Below, in pieces: positions 1 through 7,588 of a DNA stretch of 64,000 nt. The notes beneath the pieces were generated by a model that saw only the letters and a list, made by a program, of their open reading frames with translations, was not told the DNA's origin and searched no databases. Source of the stretch: Methanomassiliicoccaceae archaeon (GTDB taxonomy: Archaea > Thermoplasmatota > Thermoplasmata > Methanomassiliicoccales > Methanomassiliicoccaceae); NCBI GenBank assembly GCA_040776945.1, contig JAXGZN010000002.1:864001-928000 (forward strand), given 5' to 3'. How positions within the stretch are numbered: the stretch's first letter is position 1; each line of letters opens with the position of its first letter. The position numbers and the translations under genes are program-made.

Positions 1-1692
1 AAGGATGCTAAGGCGGCCATAATAGAGGATCTCAAGGCCGCAGGGCTCATCGTCAGGCAGGACACCGTGAAGCAGAACGTGGGAGGGTGCTGGCGCTGCC
101 ATGCTACAATCGAGTTCCTCCAGGTCCCCCAATGGTTCCTGAAGACCATGGACTTCAAGGACCAAGTGCTGAAGCTCGCCGACGAGGTGCAGTGGCATCC
201 CGAGTTCATGAAGGTGCGGCTCAAGGACTGGATCAACAGCCTGCAGTGGGACTGGGTGATCTCGAGGCAGCGGTTCTTCGCTACGCCCATACCGCTGTGG
301 GAGTGCGAGGACTGCGGGCACATCGTGCCGGCCAAGGAGGAGGACTGTTATGTCGATCCCACGGTGGACAGGCCGCCCATGGACCGTTGCCCGCTGTGCG
401 GCGGAGCGCTGATCGGCTGCCGGGACGTCTTCGATACCTGGATGGACTCGAGCATATCGCCGCTGTACAACACCTTCTGGGACCGAGACATGGGCATGTT
501 CGAGCGCCTCTACCCGATGTCCATGAGGCCGCAGAGCCATGACATCATCAGAACCTGGGCGTTCTATACCCTCCTGAGATGCTACCTGATGACCGACGAG
601 CGCCCGTGGAACGACATCATGATCCATGGGTTCATCATGTCCCCGGACGGTACGCCGATGCATTCCTCGCTGGGCAACGTCATCGACCCGGTGCCGATCC
701 TCAAGGAGTACGGCGCCGACGCGCTGCGGTACTACGCCTGCACCTGCGCGCTCGGGGAGGATAACGCTTTCCGGGAGAAGGACGTCATCCGCGGAAAGCG
801 CCTGGCGACCAAGCTGTGGAACATCGGCAAGTTCACCGGGATGGTGGTGAAGAGCCGTCCGGAGATGCGCGAACTGCAGCCCCTGGACCGGTGGATCCTC
901 AGCCGCTTCTCCAAGGTGGTGAGGGCCGCCACGCAGTTCTACGAGAGCTACCAGTTCGACAAGGCTATGAGGGAGGTCGAGGACTTCGCCTGGCATGAGT
1001 ACGCCGATCACTATCTCGAGCTTGTCAAATACCGCACCCGGGAGGGGGACGGCGGCGTCAGGTTCACGCTGTACACCATCACCCTGGGCATCGCAAAGAT
1101 GCTCGCTCCCCTGATGCCGCACGTGACCGAGGACATCTACCAGGACTTCGCCTCGATGGACGGGGCGAAGAGCATCCATGTGTCCGCGTGGCCGGAGCCG
1201 GTGCTGTTCTCCGATGAGGACGAGGCGCAGGGCGAGCTGGTGAAGGACGTGGTCAGCGCCATCCGATCGTGGAAGGCGGAGCGAAAGCTGCCGCTGAACA
1301 AGGAGATGGAGCTGATCGAGCTCATCGGGCCGTCGGCACTGTCCTTGAAGGGCTACGAGAAGGACATCCTGGAGACCTCGCGGTCCAGGGAGCTTAAGAT
1401 CGTGGCCGAGGCCGCGCTGGAGGAGAAGGTCGTGGCCGTCAAGCCGGTCAAGTCCAAGATCGGGCCGACCTTCAAGGCCAAGGGCAAGGAGGTCCTCCAG
1501 CTTCTCGAGGACATCGATCCGCAGCAGGCCGCGGCCGCCCTGGAGAATGGCGCGCTCGACCTTGCGCTCTCGGACGGGAGCGTCGTCTCCCTGGACCCGA
1601 GCTTCGTGGAGGTGCAGAGGAAGCTCACCCTCGAGGGGAAGGCCGTTGAGACTCTGCAGGTCAGGGACGTGCTCATCGCGCTGTCTCCCTGA
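1..1692 (+). CDS. valS: Valyl-tRNA synthetase, 5'-truncated by window edge
   Basis: Frame is open from base 1. Motifs QWFL, DWVISRQR, DVFDTWMDSS, SHDIIRTWAF, YGADALR and anticodon-binding domain. KMSKS position reads PMHSS. Confidence 0.95.
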   Translation, partial: KDAKAAIIEDLKAAGLIVRQDTVKQNVGGCWRCHATIEFLQVPQWFLKTMDFKDQVLKLADEVQWHPEFMKVRLKDWINSLQWDWVISRQRFFATPIPLWECEDCGHIVPAKEEDCYVDPTVDRPPMDRCPLCGGALIGCRDVFDTWMDSSISPLYNTFWDRDMGMFERLYPMSMRPQSHDIIRTWAFYTLLRCYLMTDERPWNDIMIHGFIMSPDGTPMHSSLGNVIDPVPILKEYGADALRYYACTCALGEDNAFREKDVIRGKRLATKLWNIGKFTGMVVKSRPEMRELQPLDRWILSRFSKVVRAATQFYESYQFDKAMREVEDFAWHEYADHYLELVKYRTREGDGGVRFTLYTITLGIAKMLAPLMPHVTEDIYQDFASMDGAKSIHVSAWPEPVLFSDEDEAQGELVKDVVSAIRSWKAERKLPLNKEMELIELIGPSALSLKGYEKDILETSRSRELKIVAEAALEEKVVAVKPVKSKIGPTFKAKGKEVLQLLEDIDPQQAAAALENGALDLALSDGSVVSLDPSFVEVQRKLTLEGKAVETLQVRDVLIALSP

Positions 1693-1730
1693 CCCCCCTT
1701 CCAGCAGGCCTCGGGCAGCAGGCCAGTCTG

Positions 1731-1743
1731 GTAAACTTTATAT
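1731..1743 (+). promoter_or_regulatory. TATA box of tRNA-Gly
   Basis: TTTATAT at 1737-1743, about 28 nt upstream of the tRNA 5' end. Confidence 0.6.
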
Positions 1744-1770
1744 GAGAGGAGTGAATTCACAGTCGCACAA

Positions 1771-1846
1771 GCGGGCGTAGTGTAGTTGGTTATCACTTGA
1801 CCTTGCCAAGGTTAGAACACGGGTTCGAATCCCGTCGCCCGCACCA
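1771..1846 (+). tRNA. tRNA-Gly(GCC), CCA encoded, no intron
   Basis: Acceptor GCGGGCG/CGCCCGC-A-CCA; anticodon arm TGACC-TTGCCAA-GGTTA; T arm GGGTTCGAATCCC. Confidence 0.96.
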
Positions 1847-2186
1847 CCAACCATATCCAGGTGGGTCCATTTTTTTCAATCAGGGGCGGATTGGAACCTG
1901 GCTGCGTCTGGCTCGGTTTTCGGGGTATTATCGCCACCGTCCAAACACGCTGTGCTTCTGCGATCCTCTGCTCGTTCTTCTTGCGCGCGTTGTAAGTCTC
2001 GGTCGTCTTGCTCGTGGCGTGCCCCATCATCTTCGATGTCGAGTCTAGCGGCACCCCTTGGTCGAGGCGGTTCTGACCGAAGGTCCGGCGGCAGACCCGG
2101 AGGTCGAAGTCGACCCCGACCTCTTCCTTGACGATGGACTGGAGGTCCGTCGTCCCGTTGATCGAGAACTGCCCGCTATGCCGATT
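1812..2186 (-). pseudogene. Tyrosine recombinase/integrase C-terminal remnant overlapping the tRNA 3' half
   Basis: Manual translation gives ...VKEEVGVDFDLRVCRRTFGQNRLDQGVPLDSTSKMMGHATSKTTETY... (box II R, GH, catalytic-Tyr region). There is no N-terminal half, and the frame ends antisense inside the tRNA (VVRATGFEPVF). Confidence 0.8.
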
Positions 2187-3047
2187 CTAGCCATCTAAAT
2201 TCTTTAAAAACTGATTGACCAGTACATAGCTTTCAGCTTGTGTCCTCCTCTTCTGTTCCTCATCAGCACTATAAAGAAAATTGCCAACCCACGAAGGTCC
2301 TTCAGCCTCAATTGAACGGAACTTTTGCATAATATTTCCTATACCTATTCTCATACTTGGTTCAGCTAGGAATGGTCGGACAATTTGACTTACATCACTC
2401 GGGCTTTCCAAACATTGAGAGATTACCGTAAAAATATCGTAAGCGTCCTTCTCTTTATACCGCTCACCCAGAACTACACCCTTCATACCAATGCAGCCCG
2501 CGATATCAAGCATCTGTATCTGAGCGCTAGATTCACCATCGCCAGGAAGGGTTCCTTGAATCTCTTTTCTAAAGTTGTGCTGAAATGCGATGTCACATCC
2601 ATTTGCAATTCTCGCTGGAAGCGAAGGTTGAACCTTCCTATGTCTGTGATTATGCAATTCTTCTGTCCCACATGTGAGAAAATCAATAGAAATCAGATAT
2701 TCCCGTCCATCGGACCTGGAAGTAATTCCTCTCTCAAAACTGAATAAGATGGGTTGCCCATCCATCCCATGTCGCATCGAATAACCACGTTCCTGAATCA
2801 GGTCGATGATTGTGGCGTACTCATCGTTCCTTACTAATTCAGGGTTAACCGCAATGTCAATATCAATTGATCCAACATGAGGGAACCCCCCTCTGCCGAA
2901 TTCCTCTATCAGGAAAAACGGTGCCCAGCCTCCAACAAGCACTAGCGCATCCCTATAGGAGTATAATGTCAGAGATAACTCCAGGAGCGCAGATAAGGAT
3001 GCATCAGTTATGCCTCCACCATAGTCTGTAGATAACCTAGGTGGCAC
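2187..3047 (-). CDS. AbiEii-like / Pol-beta superfamily nucleotidyltransferase (type IV TA toxin)
   Basis: LVLVGGWA, HVGSIDID and late K...KDAYDI motifs; lies 2 nt downstream of the AbiEi-like gene. Confidence 0.75.
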   Translation of the reverse strand: MPPRLSTDYGGGITDASLSALLELSLTLYSYRDALVLVGGWAPFFLIEEFGRGGFPHVGSIDIDIAVNPELVRNDEYATIIDLIQERGYSMRHGMDGQPILFSFERGITSRSDGREYLISIDFLTCGTEELHNHRHRKVQPSLPARIANGCDIAFQHNFRKEIQGTLPGDGESSAQIQMLDIAGCIGMKGVVLGERYKEKDAYDIFTVISQCLESPSDVSQIVRPFLAEPSMRIGIGNIMQKFRSIEAEGPSWVGNFLYSADEEQKRRTQAESYVLVNQFLKNLDG

Positions 3048-3049
3048 TT

Positions 3050-4075
3050 CTAAACCCCCAAGATCTTTTCTCGGATGGCATCGGCCTGCTCCCTACCCCT
3101 TTGTGGGTAATTGAAAAGGTCCAGATAAAGTTGAAGATTGGACACAACTTTTACACCATCAATTGTTTGTGTGTTTCTTAATATTCCATCATCTCTGGGA
3201 GTTATCAAGTAGACGTTACCCCCGAACTCTACTGGCTCCAATTCAAGGGCGTTCTTCAATGCGTCATTTTTGTTAACATAAATGTATGTGTCCGTTGACC
3301 TAACCACAGGGAGGACCAGTCGAGCTGCAGCCCCTAGAGTGATCGCATAATCGCAATCAGGGAGTTGCCTCAGTTTTGGAAATATTTCATCGTAGCCCTT
3401 AAAAGGGGAGTAGTATCCAGTGATTTTTTGATCGTTATACCTATAGCTACTGACCAATAGATCTAGCAAGCCTGAAGGGTCGGAAAGCTTGATCGCTCCT
3501 CTCCTTTTATCAACATAATTATATGTCTCCAGGCCATCCAGAACCTTATAAACCTGAGCGAGACTAACTGATGAACTATCTGAAAGCTCCTGCATCGTCC
3601 ATTCCTTTTTCGGATCATTTAACATGCACCTTATTACCCAGTTACTTTTTGTAGATAACAAGTTTTTTTGCTTTCTCTCAATTTTATGTTTGTTATCATT
3701 TCCCCAGAGGTTGATAAAAATACTATCGAATTTTAAATAGGCATTTCCAGAAAGATCAATGCATCCAATATTGGATCTCTCACAAAATTCCTTCCCGCGC
3801 TCACTAATAAAGGGAGCGACCAGGATGGGGTAGAAATTGTCTGTAGACCTATTGCTCAATCTGCCGACATATTCCGCAATAACTCTGGGCTCTCCAGATG
3901 ATTTGAACTCAAGATATAGGGTTTTTTTCTTTTTTCCTATCCTCAAGTTGGCTACTGAGTCTGCATAGTCATCTCTTTCGAGTTTAACTTTATCGCTAAC
4001 CCACTCTAATTTTCCTACCTGAGACAACAACTTTTCAACAGTTTTCTTATACTCGATTTCTTCCATATTTTTCAC
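3050..4075 (-). CDS. AbiEi-like antitoxin / transcriptional regulator (DUF2186/AbiEi_2 type)
   Basis: N-terminal restriction-fold-like part (LYLEFK...VAPFIS...IDLSGNAYL), wHTH (WTMQELSDSSSVSLAQVYKVLDGL), C-terminal VSNLQLYLDL...RGREQA. Confidence 0.75.
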   Translation of the reverse strand: MKNMEEIEYKKTVEKLLSQVGKLEWVSDKVKLERDDYADSVANLRIGKKKKTLYLEFKSSGEPRVIAEYVGRLSNRSTDNFYPILVAPFISERGKEFCERSNIGCIDLSGNAYLKFDSIFINLWGNDNKHKIERKQKNLLSTKSNWVIRCMLNDPKKEWTMQELSDSSSVSLAQVYKVLDGLETYNYVDKRRGAIKLSDPSGLLDLLVSSYRYNDQKITGYYSPFKGYDEIFPKLRQLPDCDYAITLGAAARLVLPVVRSTDTYIYVNKNDALKNALELEPVEFGGNVYLITPRDDGILRNTQTIDGVKVVSNLQLYLDLFNYPQRGREQADAIREKILGV

Positions 4076-4079
4076 TTAT

Positions 4080-4142
4080 ATTGCTATTTTCACCAATTGG
4101 TAAAAAATCGTATAGGTTATAAAGTATATCAATTATAGCAAT
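4080..4142. promoter_or_regulatory. Inverted repeats in AbiE-like promoter (putative autoregulatory operator)
   Basis: Perfect palindrome ACCAATTGGT at 4092-4101 flanked by T/A runs; ATTGCTAT 4080-4087 and ATAGCAAT 4135-4142. Confidence 0.45.
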
Positions 4143-4242
4143 CGAAATTACTGCTACAAACACTACTTCTCCACGATATGCATGAAATGAGGAAAGGTGG
4201 TGAGCTAATTGCACCTTAGAGTTAGAGAAAAGTGAAGACGAT

Positions 4243-4857
4243 CTAGATGAGTGGGTTCGAACGCACAATCCTTTGAATGTCTGAAGCAAATTCAACCATG
4301 TCGCCAAAGTCAAGCAGCATGAACCCATCTTGGCACGATATCGCTTCCATTTTTTGTTCTGATTGCTCAAGGTCCGCCCGAGTGTACCTCTTAGATAGGA
4401 CTACAATTTTTTTATAAATGCCCTTATCGCGTTTCCAGACCTCTTCATTGAACGGACCGGAAATGATTGCATCTATGATATTGAGCAATCCTATGATTGA
4501 TCGGTTCCGCGATCTTCTGATAGCTTCCCATGAGTACCCAGAGAACACAATTATTGAGATTTCGCGCTTATGGAGTCTCTCGCACATGTGAAGGAGCGCT
4601 TCAGCCTGCTGGAACGGCTCACCGCCGGAGATTGTGACCCCTTCACATTGGGTCCTCTGACACAACTCGACCAGTTTATCTGCGAACATTGTATGCTCCA
4701 TGAGGTGCCTAGGCTCGTGAGGTTGGTAAGCCGGGTTCGCACAGCCTGTGCATCCAAGGGTGCAACCCTGAACCCAAACCACGACCCTCCTCCCCGGCCC
4801 ATTGATTGTGCTACCAGCCGCAAGGGCCGCCACATTGAGCAATGGTTCCAGTGCCAT
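4243..4857 (-). CDS. Small radical SAM protein, NrdG-like (4Fe-4S single cluster)
   Basis: NGPGRRVVVWVQGCTLGCTGC (CxxxCxxC), GVTISGGEPFQQ, FSGY, IDAIISGPF. Confidence 0.9.
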   Translation of the reverse strand: MALEPLLNVAALAAGSTINGPGRRVVVWVQGCTLGCTGCANPAYQPHEPRHLMEHTMFADKLVELCQRTQCEGVTISGGEPFQQAEALLHMCERLHKREISIIVFSGYSWEAIRRSRNRSIIGLLNIIDAIISGPFNEEVWKRDKGIYKKIVVLSKRYTRADLEQSEQKMEAISCQDGFMLLDFGDMVEFASDIQRIVRSNPLI

Positions 4858-4858
4858 C

Positions 4859-6715
4859 TCACTCCTCTAAGAGTTCGAAGACTATGCCTTTCCCATCCTC
4901 AACGCAGCTGGCCCTGATGCTTCGTCCCTTCATCAAGAACTGCTTGTTCTCGAATATGTATCTGGCCAGGGGGTCGATAAGGTCCCTCTCCGCCGCATTA
5001 AGCAACCCACGCCCACCGTGGGAGATGTCGGCCCTCTTCTCCAAGTAATCATACAGCCTTTGGTCGAGCACTAGTCTTACATCATACTTGGATTGGATCG
5101 TCTCCTGTAGGGGGGCCAGCTTCTTTTTGATAATTTCCCGCCTAAACTCCTCACTGTTGACGGGATTGAAGACGATGATGTTCTCCCCTATTCGGTTGAG
5201 GAGCTCAGGACGCCTTAGTTCCTTGTTGAAATGGTCCTTTACCTTGTGACGGAACTCTTTCTCCAGGTCGCAACCTTCCACCTCAATGCCAACCTCAGAG
5301 GCTCCGATATTGCTGGTGAATATGATGATCGTTTCGGAGAAGTAGGCGGTCACGCCCTTCCCATCGGTGAGCCTCCCATCCTCAAGGATCTGCAGGAACT
5401 TATCAAGGATTCGCGGATGGGCCTTCTCTATCTCGTCGAAGAGAAGCACGCTGAACGGTCTTTCCAGGACGGCGTTGATCAATTGCCCGCCTTCCTCAAA
5501 CCCAACATAGCCGGGCGGTGGGCCGATCAGACGCTGGTCGGATTCCTCATGACTGTACTCGCTCATGTCGAAGCGTATGCATGCGTTCTCATCTCCGAAC
5601 AAGAATTCCGCAGTGGCCTTGGCGAGCTCGGTCTTACCCACTCCGGTCGGACCGACGAAGAACAGGGCGCCTTTTGGCTTTGACATCTTCGAGGAGTGCT
5701 GTATTCCCGATAGGCCCATGGCTGCCTTGATGATGGTGTTGACCACGTGTTCGACGGCCTTGTCCTGTCCGACCACCCGCTTTTTCAGGGAAAGATCTGC
5801 GTTGCGTAGCTTCTCCTGAGAAAGCTCTTCCCAGGGCGACCTCTTCTCGCCAAAACGGTAGAGGTTAAGCAGTCTCTCCGGAGTAAGACCTCGGTTGTCC
5901 CGCGCCAGCCTGACCATCTGGATCAGATCTACGGTTTTCATCCCTTCAGTCATATCGGCCAGTTCATCCATCGCTTGGTCTCTTGTCTTGTCTTGAGTGG
6001 CCTTTAGGTTCAGGTCTTCTAGATGACGCTCAAAGAACCCTATCCTGGTCTTCTTCTCCGGGACTCCCAGGTTGAACAATTTGATCCTAGGGTCTGGCTG
6101 ATAGAACGAGGGCGGAATAGATGCTAGATTGGCTGTTATTAACATGATCGTAGCCGGAGGGGTGTCGGTCACGTTCCCTTGTCGGCCGAGACCCTCGCGC
6201 CCGCACATGAGCATCGATAACCGCTCCAACAAACAGCGGTCCTCTTGGGCCAGGGGCCTCTGTACCGCACCGAACTGGTAGTCGGTCCAATCCACTATTA
6301 TAGCCACGGCCTGATCATAATAGGGGAGGGCTTGTTCAAGGGCTCCGACCAGATCGCCGATTTCCTTGAGCGATGGGAGGTCATCGTCCAGGCCTTGAGG
6401 TTCACCCGCATCGTACTTTTCGCCCTCCACATCTTGTGTCAAGCTCCCTCTCCACCAAGTGTTGAACCTCCGTCTTTCATCATCGGACCGGAATTTTAGG
6501 CCGACAATGGGGTTCCAGACGCCCACCACAGAAAAGCCACTATCGTGTAAGGTCCTGTCGAGGTAGTGAGCCAGGAGCACATACCTAGTACCCTCGTCCG
6601 TTTTAATTGTGAACTCATCGCGAGTGTTTCCGTAGACAACAATCCCCTTCCTGAACCTGGCCTCCCTTGCCAAGTTCTCAAATTGCCGCTCCATTTTAGA
6701 AACGTCTCCTGCCAT
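4859..6715 (-). CDS. ClpB-like AAA+ ATPase (degenerate first AAA module, intact D2 module)
   Basis: VVGQ, GPTGVGKTELAK, RFDMSEY, GPPPGYVGFEEGGQL, LLFDEIEKAHP, GRLTDG, RPELLNRI. The N-half lacks canonical Walker motifs and a Clp N-domain. Confidence 0.9.
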   Translation of the reverse strand: MAGDVSKMERQFENLAREARFRKGIVVYGNTRDEFTIKTDEGTRYVLLAHYLDRTLHDSGFSVVGVWNPIVGLKFRSDDERRRFNTWWRGSLTQDVEGEKYDAGEPQGLDDDLPSLKEIGDLVGALEQALPYYDQAVAIIVDWTDYQFGAVQRPLAQEDRCLLERLSMLMCGREGLGRQGNVTDTPPATIMLITANLASIPPSFYQPDPRIKLFNLGVPEKKTRIGFFERHLEDLNLKATQDKTRDQAMDELADMTEGMKTVDLIQMVRLARDNRGLTPERLLNLYRFGEKRSPWEELSQEKLRNADLSLKKRVVGQDKAVEHVVNTIIKAAMGLSGIQHSSKMSKPKGALFFVGPTGVGKTELAKATAEFLFGDENACIRFDMSEYSHEESDQRLIGPPPGYVGFEEGGQLINAVLERPFSVLLFDEIEKAHPRILDKFLQILEDGRLTDGKGVTAYFSETIIIFTSNIGASEVGIEVEGCDLEKEFRHKVKDHFNKELRRPELLNRIGENIIVFNPVNSEEFRREIIKKKLAPLQETIQSKYDVRLVLDQRLYDYLEKRADISHGGRGLLNAAERDLIDPLARYIFENKQFLMKGRSIRASCVEDGKGIVFELLEE

Positions 6716-6718
6716 TGG

Positions 6719-7588
6719 TCATCGCCTCGCTTCTCTTACCTGCGCTGCGCCATGCGGCAGGTCCTTTGCTCCCTTCTTTATCTTGTAAGGATTGTGCCAG
6801 TTGAACTGCTCGATCTCCCCATCGGTGCCATCTGATCTGAGCCGCTCTAACACTGCATCCACAGCGTCCTTGCATGTTTCACCGATGAATCCATCTAAAT
6901 CGAAACCAATCCTGCACTGGTCGTTTATCTCGAACCTTACCTTCTTGCCGGCAGGCGTGGTCGCGAGGATTTCCACACGTCCATCCTTTAAAACCGGTCC
7001 GGAGATCACATAGTTGGAGGCGCGAAGGCCACCCAGCAATCGGCGGACAAGTTCCTTTCGGACCTCTTCCTGCAGGTCTCTCGCCTGAGACTCTCTTGCG
7101 CCGTTCAGGGTCTCCTCCACCATCGACTCAAGAGTGACCAACGACAATGGGACGTCCGTCATTTTTTCTAGCCGAGCGATATTACTTTGATGCGCCTTCT
7201 GGCCTTCCTTATTCTTGATGGAAATGGATTTTAGTTGGTTGATGGTCCTGGAAAGGAGCTCGTCCACTTTCCTTCGCTCCTCGCCCCACATTTGCTTCTT
7301 CGCCCTCGCCTCGGTCTGGATTGCGCTCACCTGAGCGATAGCGAGACGGGCGCTCTGTAGCGCTTGGTCTGGAGACAGAGACATCTGACTATACGCTTCA
7401 CCAACCAGCTTATCCAGCTCTGATGACTCACTAACAAAACCAGACGTGGAGAGGTTTTGCTTCCCTTGTTCCAAAAGTGCTGCCGTCCGTTCCAGTAAGG
7501 CCTGACACTCTTCCCTTACCTGGGACCTCCGAGCCTCTTCGCGCATCCTCTCCATTTGCTTTACGCTGATGTATCCCCCACCGCTCAT
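6719..7588 (-). CDS. Coiled-coil protein with C-terminal DUF2997-reminiscent motif
   Basis: Long helical E/Q/R/K-rich stretch, then FDLDGFIGETCKDAV; ATGA overlap with the upstream gene. Confidence 0.7.
   Translation of the reverse strand: MSGGGYISVKQMERMREEARRSQVREECQALLERTAALLEQGKQNLSTSGFVSESSELDKLVGEAYSQMSLSPDQALQSARLAIAQVSAIQTEARAKKQMWGEERRKVDELLSRTINQLKSISIKNKEGQKAHQSNIARLEKMTDVPLSLVTLESMVEETLNGARESQARDLQEEVRKELVRRLLGGLRASNYVISGPVLKDGRVEILATTPAGKKVRFEINDQCRIGFDLDGFIGETCKDAVDAVLERLRSDGTDGEIEQFNWHNPYKIKKGAKDLPHGAAQVREARR

Noticed and set aside
1797-2048. Plus-strand 83-aa ORF
   Set aside because: It starts inside the tRNA and is antisense to the integrase remnant.
4253-4261. GGGTTCGAA matching the tRNA T-arm as a possible attR
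   Set aside because: Only 9 nt, inside a CDS, and the match does not extend.
4243-4857. Viperin or true NrdG call for the radical SAM gene
   Set aside because: Motifs are NrdG-like rather than viperin-like, and there is no nrdD in the window, so no gene symbol was assigned.
4859-6715. Housekeeping clpB
   Set aside because: No N-domain or M-domain, first AAA module degenerate, and located in an island operon.
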